This document shows, one piece after another, positions 25,201-39,477 of a DNA stretch of 64,000 bases. A program made the translations under genes and the position numbers. Where the stretch lies: contig OZ024740.1 of assembly GCA_964016885.1 (NCBI GenBank), forward strand, positions 396,366,001 to 396,430,000, given 5' to 3'. The stretch's first letter is position 1, and every line of letters begins with the position of its first letter. The notes beneath the pieces are model-generated. The model did not search any database. It saw only the letters and a list, made by a program, of their open reading frames with translations, and was not told where the DNA came from. This DNA is from Eledone cirrhosa (lineage: Eukaryota).

Positions 25201-28200
25201 AAGTGGCTGGTTACAACCAGTTTGAACAGAAAGAGGTGAGAGAATTCTGGCTGGATATGGCCAGTTTAAATGCTAAAGGGCTAATCTTTAAATGCAGTAT
25301 GTATAGAAAACTTTAGTTGGAACTAAACTAGTAAAAAGCATTTTTTTCAGAACATTAAAGCAAGAGATCCAACTTGGTAGCCATTATTTACATCAATAAA
25401 CCAGCTAGTACATGCCTTAACTTCTTATCACTTGGATAATGTAAGTCCATTAGCTTGTGTGTGGTTGTATTTAATAATTAAACTAGTTTAATAAACTGTG
25501 GATAATGAAATAAATATGACTAATAAAATCAGTTAATTTGAAAAAAAGAACAATTGCCCTATTTATGCAGCTATTCATCTCATCAATAAAGATTATTTTG
25601 AGAGAAGGAGAGAACTTTTTAGTACTGATACTTCATTGATCAACCTTGAAAGGATGAAAGGTAAAGTTGACCTCAGGTTTTCAATTCAGAGCCGGAACAA
25701 ATATTGCAAAACATTCTATCAGATATTCTAACATGTCTGCAAATTCACCACTTATGGTTGACCAATGGAGCAATATGAATTTAAAAACATCTGAAAGCAA
25801 AGAAGATCAAGATATCTAAAATCTTTACTTACTGACACATTTCCAATCTGAGTGAGTGGAAACTTTATTTTACATTTCCTTATTAAGGCTGGCCAGTAAA
25901 GATGTGCTTGTGCCGAAAAGAGAAAACCTCGCACATGATTAGTGTCTAGTTCTATTGTTACATTGGCCCTACAGAAAAGAAATAAAGTTGTAATAAGCAT
26001 AAAAGTTAATCAAGGAGAAGGGAAAACAAAGATTATAATTAGTTATAAAGAGTACTGACGTGCTTTGATCCACTCGTGCCACACGATCCCATTTCTGTTG
26101 AAGATGTGTATATAAATACTGGTCTGTATCTGCAACTTCTCTGTCTAACTCCAAACCCAGTAACCATTGGTGACCAGCTAAAAGCAAATTTAATTTTATG
26201 AAAGATATTAGTGTGTTCATCTGCTGAACCATTGTCATTTCCATTCTTTCCAGCCTTTTCACACACACACACACACAGCATTAACGTTCCACCTCAGCTT
26301 CAGCAACACCCTCCTCCTCATTAACACATCATTCAGTTCCCAGAACCCCATTCATGTGCTTTTTACTCAAGCCACTGTTGCTGAGTTGGATCCATCTGCT
26401 TCATCCAACAAGTAACAAAATGTTTTCATATCTTCCATCTTCACGCCATTTATAAAATCCAGCCAGTTTGTGACATAATTTTGTATTGCTTCACTATACA
26501 ATTGTATAAAATTATATACAATTCTATAAAATTGTATAAAAGTTGACCTGAACCCCACAGTTGAATTTTTCCATACATCTCATAAGAGTTGACCAAAATT
26601 CTTCATGAACAATAGATCAATATTTGTGACTCAATGAGCAATAAACAATGTTACAAGGAAATTGATTTTACTAAGCTATTATGTCATGTATGCAAGTGGA
26701 AATATATAAGCTATGTAGTCTTATGAGTTTTGATATGTAGAAATATTGATATTACTGTAATTATTTTACTTTTATTTATTTAGAATCCATTTAGGCTTTT
26801 GCTTATTTATACAGTATTTTGGATTGTAAATTTCAGCCCTCTTGAAAGTATTATCTTCATAACAGTTGGTCCCATGAATTTCACCTAAAAAAAATAGTCA
26901 AACAATTTGACTTTTACATGAGCATATATGGTATATATACATCTATATATGCACATGTTGTATCCTCATCATTGTCTAACTTCCACGCTAGCATGGGTAT
27001 TTCTATCTATATATCAATGAGTGTGTTTTATCATCTTACTATCATTACATCATCCTCTTCACTTATTTTTACAAATCATCTGGTGTTCATTTATTTTTCA
27101 CTTCCCTTGACTGTTGCCCCTCTCCACTAACACTTGTTATCTCTCTCCCCCGCACCAATCCCAATTTACCCATTAACACCAGTTGATGTTTTTTGTCCTT
27201 CTCCATCACATAAAATTTATTCCACTATTTCAATTATCTGTACTAATGGAACCTGTGGAACTTCCATGTTTTATAAATGCTCTTATCTCTATTTTGATGC
27301 ATAAATTTATAGATCTTTATAACAAGGTTTCACTATGTAGTTAAAGTCGTTTAATGTTTTAAGACTTGAATCTGCTTCACCATGTTGAAGATTCGGATTA
27401 TGTAGTTGATTTCTTTCCACAGTTAAGGTCGTTTATAGTGTAGCATTCAAACGTCTGTCTTTGTATACACACACACACACAACACATTTAAAAAGGTAAT
27501 GAATTGTAGAGAAGGGTATAGGTATAATACCTTGTGTATGTGTGGGTAATCCTACATAGCATTCTTCATCACATCCTCTCTTGGCGTCAAAATATATTCT
27601 ACCAATCTGAAGTTACAAAACGAAAACCTTAGTATACAAGAGTATTGTTAAATTATGTAAAGAAAATATATACATATATAGAAAAAAGAGAATATTACCC
27701 CCCCCCCCCCATAGGAGGTAAAAAACACCGCCCTGGTACTTGAATGGTATTTTATTTCAACTTGATCTCGACAGAATTTGATCCCCAAACGTAAAAGGCT
27801 GTATAAATACTTTAAGGCAGCTTAGTAACACCATTGGTTTGAACAATCTAAGAGAGACTAATAATGATAAAAAAAAAAAAACCAAAAAAAAAAAAAACCC
27901 CAAAACAGAAATTGGAAAAATTCTTAAAAGTAGAAAACCTACAGCCTCTCCCCTCCTCCAAAATAATATAAAGTAGAGGAAAAGGAGGCAAAGGGAAAGA
28001 AAGGCTTTAAAGTAAACTGAGATGAAGTAGCAACAGCAAGAGTAAAAGTGGAAAAACAACAACATACTCTGTTATATTTTAAAGGTTCCAATATTACTTG
28101 TCCATCTGAAGCTGGTCGATAATAGAAGCGTGAGTCTGCTGGTCGAAACGATACTTGTGTCACTTTCATATATGCTTCAAAGGTGCTATGTATCTGTAAT

Positions 28201-28736
28201 ACCTTATATGGAATCTTTCCCTAGTAAAATAAAGAACACACCAATACATTACCTCAGGTGAGAAGGCAGCAACTTGATGAAGATGAGCAAATGAAGAACC
28301 CTTTACATGACTGGAAATAGCAGCCAAATTTCTCAAAACAATGGAAAATACACAGTAGCAAAAGGAAAAAGATGGAGAATGGATTTTAAAAAGGTAGAGA
28401 GGAGCAATTGAAGATACAAATCAGGTGGCTAGCTGAACTAAAAATGATTTTATAAAAACATAGAACTAAAAAACTTGTATGAATTTACTTAAGGCTTTCA
28501 ATGTTTAGAAACAATATCAGAAGGAAGGTGTGTTTACATATGAGCTAACTGTTTATATTGAGTGTGTAATATACAGAGCTTTGCATACATTTTGGAGCAT
28601 ATAACAACAATCACACTATGTATTTATGTAAAAGTAGATATCCAGATAACAGATTGAACATTATTGGTGATTCTCAGTCATAATATAAAAGTCAATCAAA
28701 TTAAAAAGATTGCAAAGATGAAATGGTTAAAAAACA

Positions 28737-28790
<54 letters not shown>

Positions 28791-31700
28791 CAAGTGGAAA
28801 TTGGAAGAAAAATCACATGAAACATGTTATCACTTACTGGATATACTCTATCAAAAATAAGTTTTTCTGGAATAGCATTTAAACTTCCTTTTGCAGTTCT
28901 AAGTGATACTGGTATAAATAGGGTCTGTAATAGGATTAAAAAAGAAAAGAAAAAAACAGTTACAAACAGCTTCAACAATTGAAGTATATGACTCCATGAT
29001 GTTCAGGAGTGTGAGAGAGAGAGAGTGTGTGAGTGTGTGTGTATTGCACATTTCAATTACTTGACATTAGATGTGTGGTATTAGTCAACCACCAACAAAA
29101 TACTAATTGTATCCCAAATCACACCGATGTTATCTATATTTAATATTTTGGGGATATGGAATTAGAATAGTAAATTGCAAACAAAATTGAAATATACATA
29201 AAAAGAGAGTGCCGAGAGAGCATTATAATAGCATACCTGAAATTGAGTGACAATAAGGACTTGTCCAGAGAACATGCCTTCATATAGGGCAGCAGTGACA
29301 TTCACACTGAACACAGCAATGTGGTAAGGTTTTAATATTAACTAGACAAAGAGAAATACCAAGCTTTGTTATCCATCATTTTCATATGAACAATAAAACA
29401 TGAGCATAGAAATGTATGCACAACTTAAATGCAATAGGATCTTGTCACAAGAAAGTCAATCAGAGTGCACAGAATTACCATACAAGTAAAAATTTTAGAA
29501 TTAAAATTATAAACTAATATACCAGATACTAAAACTTGGTTAAAAGAACACCAACCCATTCATTATAGAGAATTTGGTTGTAAGGAAATTCAGTTTTCAT
29601 AAAACTAGTACTTTAGCTTTATGTCCATGAGTCTTAGTGGATGAAAACGATTTTTCACTTGAATTAGACCATAGATTTATGTGACAGTTCCAGAAGAATC
29701 TGGTATCCATTTGTAGTAGCTAGGTAAGTTGAGATATTAAATTGTGTTGCCTTCAGTGGATTTGATTTCAAACCCCATGGCATACAAATAACTGCTCAGT
29801 TATTTCACTTGCAAGCAGGGAAAAGCGGACGTATGATGATGATGATGATGATACAATATGTTATAATATCAGTTTATAATACATCTAAAGTGTTCATGTA
29901 ATTCTATTTGGAAAGTGTTTTAAAGAATCAAAATAACAATGGCTAAAATATACAACTTATTCACAACTTAATTATTGTGTAAAACAAATACATGTATAAG
30001 AGAATTATTTCACTGAAACTTATTTTATTTCATGACATTTGAAAAATAATTGAGGCTCTTCTAGTTCAATGAAGCTAATGGACTCATAAGTATAAAATAG
30101 TAAACATGGAAATTTTGGATAAGTCTGTATACCACAAACAAATTCAAGTACTCACATTATTATAGTACATAAATTTATGTTGACACAGTATTCAACCAAA
30201 TTTGCATACTTTACAAACTGATTTTTGTTAATTCACCCCCCCCCCCTCCAACTTTGTCAGCTTCTAGTTTTTATTTACTATATATGAGAGCTAAAAGTAT
30301 GTATGTTTCAACAAATACCGTAACAGTTTTAATTTATAGAAGATACATTTTTACACCAGCTTTTCAATGCTAACATGGACTGGATAAAACTTTTTTTTTA
30401 GTTTTTCTACTTGGATGTCTTTCATGATGCCAACTCTTACTATATGGTGTATACCGCTCATCTTCATTGAACCATTATGCTGTGGGACACTGTTTGCTTT
30501 AAATGTAGATAAAACACATGCAGTAAACTGACACACATACACAATGGTTTCTTTACAATTTTCATCTACCAAATTCATTCACAAAGCATTGGTCAATCTA
30601 AGAGGTTGTAGAAGTTACTAGCAAGATGCCACACAAAAACTTCTTAATCACACATATCTATGTAAGGATAAGAATATTTTTCAACTTTTTCTTTAAACAT
30701 GAAATAGAAGCTGAATAAGTTAATATATAGAGCATAGAGTGGTATCAACATATACAAAGTAAATCTATAGTGAACTCACTGGATCTGTATCAATATCGGA
30801 AATGTTGTGAAATTTAGTAAGTGTTGTGCCATTGCCTTTTTCTATGCCAAGTAACTGTAAACTGCTCTGGTTCATACTGCTACTAAACTCTGCAATTACA
30901 ATCTAGACAAAAATAAAAAAAAAATAAAAAAAATTTACAAAACTAGAAATAAGGAGAAATCTATGTAAAACACGAACAAAACATTTTTATAAAAAATGAC
31001 AAAAAAAAAAAAAAAAAAAAAAAATCTACCATAGTTAAACTTTAGATTTCAAATCATGACAAATGTGAAATATGACTAAGTAAGGTTAGATAAAGTGGTT
31101 AGAATCAAGTTACATATCAAATTAGAATGTGAATTATCATTGGACTTGCAAGTGCTCTAGTAAAGTTGAAATATAATTGAATAGTATAATTTATGACAAT
31201 TGCAAAGAAATTTGACAAAATACTTACATTTACTGGATTGTTATTCTGTATAGTAAATGTTATACTGCGGTGTTCCCCAACCCCTGTTGTGCCAAAATCA
31301 AGTTGACCTTTGGACTTTTCTGGTCGATGATGTATGATCTAAAAAAATAAATAAAAATTGAGAAGAAAAAAAACAAAAATACCTGCAATCAATACATAAT
31401 ATAAAAGAGATGTTTGTTTTTTGGTTGGTTCCTTCGCGCATCATACAAAAACGAAAAGTGACAATCGAAAAGTAAGTACAGCAATAGAAGGGTATACCCA
31501 GGAAGGTTTATTGATACTAATTTTATAACATGAAAGAAGAAGAAAAACATCCTGAGTATGCTAACTAACCCGACTTATTTCTAATAGGTTGGGAATCAAC
31601 CATAAGGGATTCTCTCTGCACGTTCGTTGTCAGTGATGATCGTGTTTTGTGGCCAGCATCACCAATTTGAAAGCTGGTTTACACACACATGCATCTATAT

Positions 31701-34700
31701 ATAATTATTTATATCTTTATATATAATTTAAAAAAATTGGAACTTCCATCATCCTTTTAACCCTTTAGCATAAAGGCTTTATCTTACATAATTCTCTCAT
31801 AATATGGAATCTACGAGATTTTGATGTTATTTATTTTGAGAACAATACCTTAATGTTAGTATGAGTGGCCAGTTACGGCCAGTTTGAACAGAAAGAGGTG
31901 AGAGAATTCTGGCCAGTTACAACCGGTTTAAATGCTAAAGGGTTAAGAAATGTGGACCAACCACATCTATGCAATGACATGTTTTACACAGTCAGACGGA
32001 AGATGAACCATATCCTATTCTCAGAGGCAATCATCAAAGAGAAAATGCCTTTATTCCCAAGATTCCTTTTATCCCTTCCTCTATTGAGTTGCCTTTCAAA
32101 TTCTCAAGACTTCAGTTCCTTGTTAGAGCCAGTTTTGCTATGACCATACATAAAGCTCAGGCTCAGAATTTCAAAGTTATAGGACTGAATACAAGGGAAT
32201 CACTTTTTACCCATGGACAGTTTATATGTAGGTTGTTCACGAGTGGAAACACCTTGAAATCTTCACAAACAGTAAAATGAAGAATCTGGAAGATTTTTTA
32301 CTGTTTTTTTTTTCTTTTGACACACACACCAGTTTTCTCTTATCTGTTTACCTGGGCAAAGCTGAGTACATCAGCTAGTTAAATATAAATCAGTTATTGA
32401 TGATTCAACAATAAATGAGGAATGTGATTTGCTTACCTTAAGAAGACCACTGTATACGATGATGGGAATACTGAAGCTAGATGCATTTGTCTGAATGATT
32501 ATTTGAGAGGTGAAATGAAGTGATGTGGTGTTTGGATGGAAATGCAACAAAAATGGCACTAGAGTTTCCTGGGGACGAATTATCACAGGCTTAGAGAAGT
32601 TTCTGATCTGAATAAAAACAAAATAGAAGTAATAAGAAACACAGCTGAAATAAACTATACACAGTTGACTACTGCAATATGTAGTTTGCTATGCCATTAC
32701 AAGCTGTACATTCAAACACACCACAAAACATTTACATAGTAACCAACAACAAAACACCTCTATAAAGATCATAATCCACTGCTACAGCCTTCATTCACTC
32801 AATTCTGACTCAAATACTTTATAATTCCTTTTGTGCATTTAACTCAAACTTACATCAAAATTTATCTCATTCTTATATCATTCATGAGTGTGTGCATATG
32901 TTAAATATGCATTTATCTGTCTAGTGCTTTTTTTTAAAGCAGGGCTGTGTTCTTTCCACATTATTGGTTACAAATGACATTTCTCTGTCCTGATTTAAAT
33001 GAGAAACATTTCTATTTTGAGGGTTATAATCTATGAAATTTGCTGGAAGTTATTTTATGCAAAATGGCATGTATTTAAGAGTATATAATTCTGAACATTT
33101 TTTTAGTACTATTTAAACTATATTTAAAATACAAACTAACACGAGACACTTAGTATTATATAAATATATCAAAAAGCTAAAATTATAAAAATAAAGTAGT
33201 CAGAAGTTCTGGATATTTAAATACTGAAATGTTTCAGAATTTAAATTAAAATGTGTGTTCTATATTTCTATGAAGAGAACAGTGTGAGGACAGAAAAATG
33301 ATGAAAGTATGACCAACTTTTAGAATCAGAAATTGACTATATATAAGCCCTTTAAAACCCCAGAATCTATTTAGAACCAATGCTAGCATGGAAAGTAAAG
33401 GTAAAAAGATAATGATGCTATTCAATTTATACAACAAATGAAATAAACCCAAATAAAACTTCAGAACTATTCCACCCTCACAAGTAAAAACAACAACAAT
33501 AAAAAAAAAAAAATGTCCAATGCAAAGCACTTTTCAAATACTCACTGAAAAATATTTGTGTATACCATGTGGAAGGCTAACATTATATATGACTATAGAG
33601 AAGTTAAAAGTATTAGTAAAGGCCAGCGATCTGGTATGGTTTCTCATAAATGAGCCACTGTAAAAGTGAGTGCTGTTTGCATTGTAGACTAATGACCTGA
33701 AATAGAGAGTAGAAAATGTTTGTAGAGAAAATTAACAAGAGTTAATTAAATATCAATTGCAACTTTAAAAAAAGTATCAGGGAAGTTACATACCCATGAA
33801 GTACATTTACTTGGTAAGGGATAGACAATTTATTCAAATTGTGTTTGGATTTTACAACAATTTTTCCAGACCACTGTCTAGGATTTAAAGCTTTAGTGGC
33901 TAGAAAAATAAAAAAAGCATTTGTGAAAAATTGTTTTGAAAGAGTAAACAAAAGTATGTTTTATCTAAAAATACACAACTTCATGTTTATTTTCACAATA
34001 GTTTAAATGTATCTCCCACAAATCTTGCTATCACACCTGAGAAGTCCTTTCTGCTTCCAGTCTGTATTATCTACTATATACCATCTAGTTTTTTCTTACA
34101 TTGGTCAATCTATTTCATACTTTGTTTTCTGGTAACTGGCTTTCACCTTATGTATCTTTCAGGTTCACACATATATTCAATAACATATTCATTCTTTTAC
34201 TTGGAGGAGGGTTACAAGTTTAATTTATTTCAAATGAAATCAACCAAGCAGGATCAGCAAAGTTTTGTGGCAATGAGATTAAAATTTCAGTTAAATATTT
34301 GAGGCATCACCAAATCAAATGAGTGAATACATCAACAATACAATAAACTTCCATGCAAAGACCTTCATGAAAGCATTCAACATATGTATTGATTGAAATT
34401 TTATGTTCCTGAATTAATTTAACATTCAAAATTTTGAAACTGCTCAGAATTTTCAAGTTATTACACTACACAAATCATCTTCCATAAATGTTCACATACT
34501 CCAATAACTACATGTCTTAATAACTCCAGAATTTAGTTAAATGGTGGAGGTAAAAGAACTGTAGTAGTCATGTGGCTGAGTTGTTGAACAGATTCAACAT
34601 AGCTAGATAATTGATTGCACCATCACCAACAGTAGCTTGCGGCTATTTAACTTGCCATATCAAAATTGTCAAATATCTAACAATGTATACAAGTGTGTTA

Positions 34701-37700
34701 GTAGATCAATCACGGAGAGTTAATAAAGCTGTATTTAAAATACCTCTAAATGTAATCTGGGCTACTGCTACAGGACGTAATACATCTGGCTGTAGTTTCA
34801 TAGGTCGGAATTCTACAGAGATAGCATCATTTGGAGGTGATAAAGAAACGCCCTGCAAAGCAAGAAAACAAAATAGTTTTAGAAATTATCTTCAAACATT
34901 TTCACTTACAACTAAATCGTTTTGATATAAAGCAATAGTTTATAGATTTTTAAAAAAATTAAGAGAAACACTGGCAACAAACAAGCACACACACATTTAA
35001 GTGCAAAAAGGAAGAGAGCATTCAATATAGAGCTCATATTTGTGGGTGAACTGTTATTAACTTACTAAGAGTTTCGTAGGAATGTGGGCATGTGTATAAT
35101 CATTTAAATGTTCACTGTAATTGAATAACCAGATATGCGTTTCATGTGCTTGTGAAAACTGAGTAATAAATATGTAAGCCAAGAACTGTTCACCTCAGCA
35201 CGTTTGTGCATATATATATATTTCAGCATGCTTGTGCATATATCATCATCATCATCATCATCAACGTTTAACGTCCGTGTTCCACGCTTGCATGGGTTTG
35301 GACGGGGGTAGTCCCACTTGAGGCAAGAGTGATTGTCTTGCTCGCATAGGACTGTCTGGCAGGTTTTCTACAGTTGGATGCCCTTCCTAACACCAACCAC
35401 ATTTACAGTGTGGGTCTGGGAGGTTTTTACCGTGTTGCCTACACGGCCACATTACAGCGTGGACTGTGTGTTTTTTTGTCGTGACACCTACACGATCTCA
35501 TTTGTTTCGGCCCGGATGGCGCGGCACCAACATAACTTTACATAGGACGGGGTGGTGTGGATGGGGTGGGGGTGGTGGTGGTGGGACGGGGTGTATTTTG
35601 TTAGAGATGCCTACTGGCAAGGCGGGTCTTCTCTGTTACTGAGTACCGCCAAAGGTCTCGGTCCAGTGACATTGTCTTGGAGAGGTGTAAGTGTGTGAGG
35701 TCGGAGTTTATCAGCTCGTCCCAGGTTTTTCTAGGTCTGCCTATTCCGTGGCTACCGTCTATCTTTATTGCCCTGCACTTTGTTATACAGCTATCGACTT
35801 TCATGCGCATCACGTGTCCATACCAACGTAGCCTTCTCTCGAGTAAACAACATCTGATCCCTCTTATCTCTAATTTTTTCCTTAGTTCGTTTATGCTTTG
35901 CCGTTCACGTATATTACTGTTACACATCCAGCGGAGCATGCAAGCTTCGTTCCTCTCTAGTCTGCGTATATCCTCTGCACACAATGCCCAGGTCTCACTG
36001 CCATGCAACATTGCTGTTCGTATGCAGGCATCGTACAACCTGCCTTTCATTTTTAGGGAGAACCCTTTAGCAGCTAATAGTGGTATAAGCTCTCTGAACT
36101 TTTTCCAACCAGTTCTGACTCTAGCTACAGTACTTTCAGAGCACCCTCCCCCACTGCTGATTTTATCGCCCAGGTAACGGAAGCTGTCCACTATTTCTAT
36201 AGAACCCTCTGCGCAATTGAAAGAGCTAGTATTTTGTGGGCACTTGCTGCTACTTATTGCACCAGAACACCGGCCACATGTAAAATCTATGTTCTTAGTT
36301 AGCTTACCTGTGATCCCACTACATCTTTTATGCACCCATACTTTGCATTTAGGACACAAAATGGAGTTTCTACCTACGCCTTTCCTACACACCGAGCACG
36401 ACCATTTCCCAGAAGGGACCGCCGCCTTGTTTTCTTTCCTACAAACTAGAACTTTGGTCTTAGCCAGGTTAATTTTAAGTCCTTTTGACTCTAGGCCGTG
36501 CTTCCATGTTTGGAATTTCTTCTCTAGCTCGGCCATTGATTCCGCTATGAGTGTCAGGTCGTCTGCGTATAGGAGTTCCCATGGGCAGCCTGTCTTGAAC
36601 TCCTCTGTTATAGCCTGAAGGGCAATAATAAATAGTAGGGGGCTGAGAACAGAGCCCTGATGGACGCCAACTTTTACGCTAAACTCTTCACTATATTCGT
36701 TGTTAATTCTAACCTTGCTGACTGTTTCTTTATACATGGCTTGTATAGCCCTCACAAGCCATTCGTCAACGCCTAGTTTTCTAAGAGCCCACCAGATAAT
36801 GGAGCGGGGGACTCTGTCGAAGGCTTTCTCCAAGTCGACAAAAGCTAAGTAGAGGGGTTTACCTTTAGCTAGGTACTTCTCCTGTAGTTGTCGTACTATG
36901 AAAAGAGCGTCTGTGGTACTTTTGCCTGACACAAACCCGAACTGCATTTCATCTAGGTCAATTCTCTCTCTGATTAGTTGCGCTATTACTTTTTCTGTGA
37001 CCTTCATGACCTGGTCGATTAATTTAATGCCTCTATAGTTACTCCTATCTAGGGCGTCTCCTTTACCCTTATAACAGTTAACGATGATGCTGCTATGCCA
37101 GTCCTTCGGAACAACCCCATTCTGTACGACTTGGTTAACTATGCGGGTGACCATGGTGTGTCCCACCGTGCCAGATGCCTTCAGCATCTCAGCAACTATT
37201 TCCGAAGGCCCAGCCGCCTTACCTGTCTTCATATCCTTGATTGCCTTACTTATTATACTCCCCTCGACTAACACTGCTGGTCCCTCTATTGGGTCGACAT
37301 GGGGGAGACTGTCTTTCTCCCATTTATTCTCCTCATTTAGTAGCCTTTCATAGTGACACTTCCAAGCTACCTTCTTATCAGTGTCGGTGATGGCAAGTAT
37401 GCCATCATCGTTAAGTACACACTTCTCCCCGACAATATCACGGTTTTCCTTGACGCATTGCCTAGCAATCCTGAACACCTCACGTTTTTGGTCATCGCGT
37501 TGTAGGACATGCTTGAACTTTCTTTCCTCAGCTTCCCTTCTTGCTAAGTACACTTCTCTCCTAGCTTCCCTCCTGGCCACTTGGTAGTCTACTCTACTTC
37601 CCCCATCCCGCCATACTTTCCAAGCCTGCTTTTTGGCCTTAATTGACCCCTCCACCTTACTGTTCCACCACCATGTTACTCTCCTCCTGCCTACAGGCCT

Positions 37701-39440
37701 GCTCCAGCCACAGACTTCGTCTGTGGCCAACAGCAGGTTTGCTTTCAGAAATTCCCACTGTCCCTCTATATTGTCCGACTCTAAATGTTCTTCCTTACTG
37801 TCGAAAGCATCAAGTAATATGTTTTGAAATTTATTTTTGGCTGTGGGGTCCTTTAGCTTCCATATTTTTCTCCTGAGGATAGTCCTCTTCTGCTGTCGAG
37901 TACGTCTCGTCCTGACTATGAGGTCGCTAATTATCAGTCTATGTTGGGAGGTGCATTCTTCATGGGGGAGGGATTTAGTGTTTACAACAGACACTCTGTC
38001 ACGTCTTCTGATAAGGATATAATCTACCTGGCTTGTGTGTTCCCCGGATCTATAGGTGATCAGGTGATTGTCACGTTTTTTGAAGTTAGTGTTACAGATA
38101 GTTAGGTTATTTGCATCACAGAATTCCAGGATTCTGGAGCCTTCCTCATTTCTAGTACCAAACCCATAGCCTCCATGGATTTCGTCGTAGCCGTCACAAT
38201 GTTGCCCAACGTGACCATTTAGGTCGCCTGCAATAATTATATAGTCACTGTCAGATATTTGGGAGGTAGTGAGCATCAGTGTCTCATAGAATCTGTCTTT
38301 TATAGTGCCGGGCAGTCCGGATTGGGGTGCGTACGCAGATATTACTGTCACCGTAGTTCTATTGAGGACAAGTCGTATTTTAATTATTCTGTCGTTCACT
38401 CTATTTACGTCTATTATCTTATCCGCCCACTTTTCTGCTACCATGATTCCTACTCCACCCAGCCCATCGTCGTTTCCCACCCAGAAAAGCTTATAACATC
38501 GTTTTTTACCCTCAATGAATCTAGCAGACCCACCCCTCCACCTGGTCTCTTGAATACAACAAACATCGACCTCCTTACGTTCAAGCATTTCTACAACCTC
38601 GTTAGCGCGCCCCTTTAGGGTGCCTACGTTTATGGTACCAACTCTGAAGTTTTGGATCGCGTTTGGAGGGTGGGGGTGGTGTGGGGCGGGGGGAGATGGG
38701 GTTATGTTAGCCATCCGCGGGCGAAACAAAGAAGAGTGCTCGCATTCTCGTCCACGAGGTGAATTTGACTTTAGCATTGGCATTTTCGCTCTGAGCGTCC
38801 AGATTTTTCTCTCCCTTCCACTCTCCAGGATTCCGCAGTCCGTCCATCCATCCATCCATCATATATCGAAGGCAACCGTGCAAGCGATAGTATAGGCCTC
38901 TGGCTTATGATTGGTCCGCGTAATAATAATAATGGTGATGCGTGTGGGGGGGGGGGGGGTCTCTGGCTTATAGTAATAATGGTGATGCGTGTGTGGGGGG
39001 TCTCTGGCTTATGATTGGTCCACGTATTTAGAATGGTGGTGTGTGGGGGCGGGTGGGAGGGATCTGGGGTAGCTAGCTGGAAGGTTATGAATGTTTAACA
39101 GCGAGTAACAAAAAGCAAAACTGCAAGATTTGTTCTGTTCAATACGACAAAAACACCGTATTTAAACCTTAATAAATAACAAAAAATACAGATTTCGGAT
39201 TTTGCGGGATTGGATGTTTGGTCTATGTACGAAATTGTGGTGTGTGGAGTAGATAGGAAAAACGTGAACGTTACGATTACATGGTTACACCGTAGTAGGG
39301 GTAGTTGAAGCAGCAATTGTTTGGCGAAAGTGAATAAACATGAACGGGAATTTATCTTATATATATATGTGTGTGTGTGTAGCTAAGAGAGAGAGATGTG
39401 TGTGTGTGTAGCTAAGAGAGAGAGAGAGAGAGTGGGAAGG

Positions 39441-39477
<37 letters not shown>

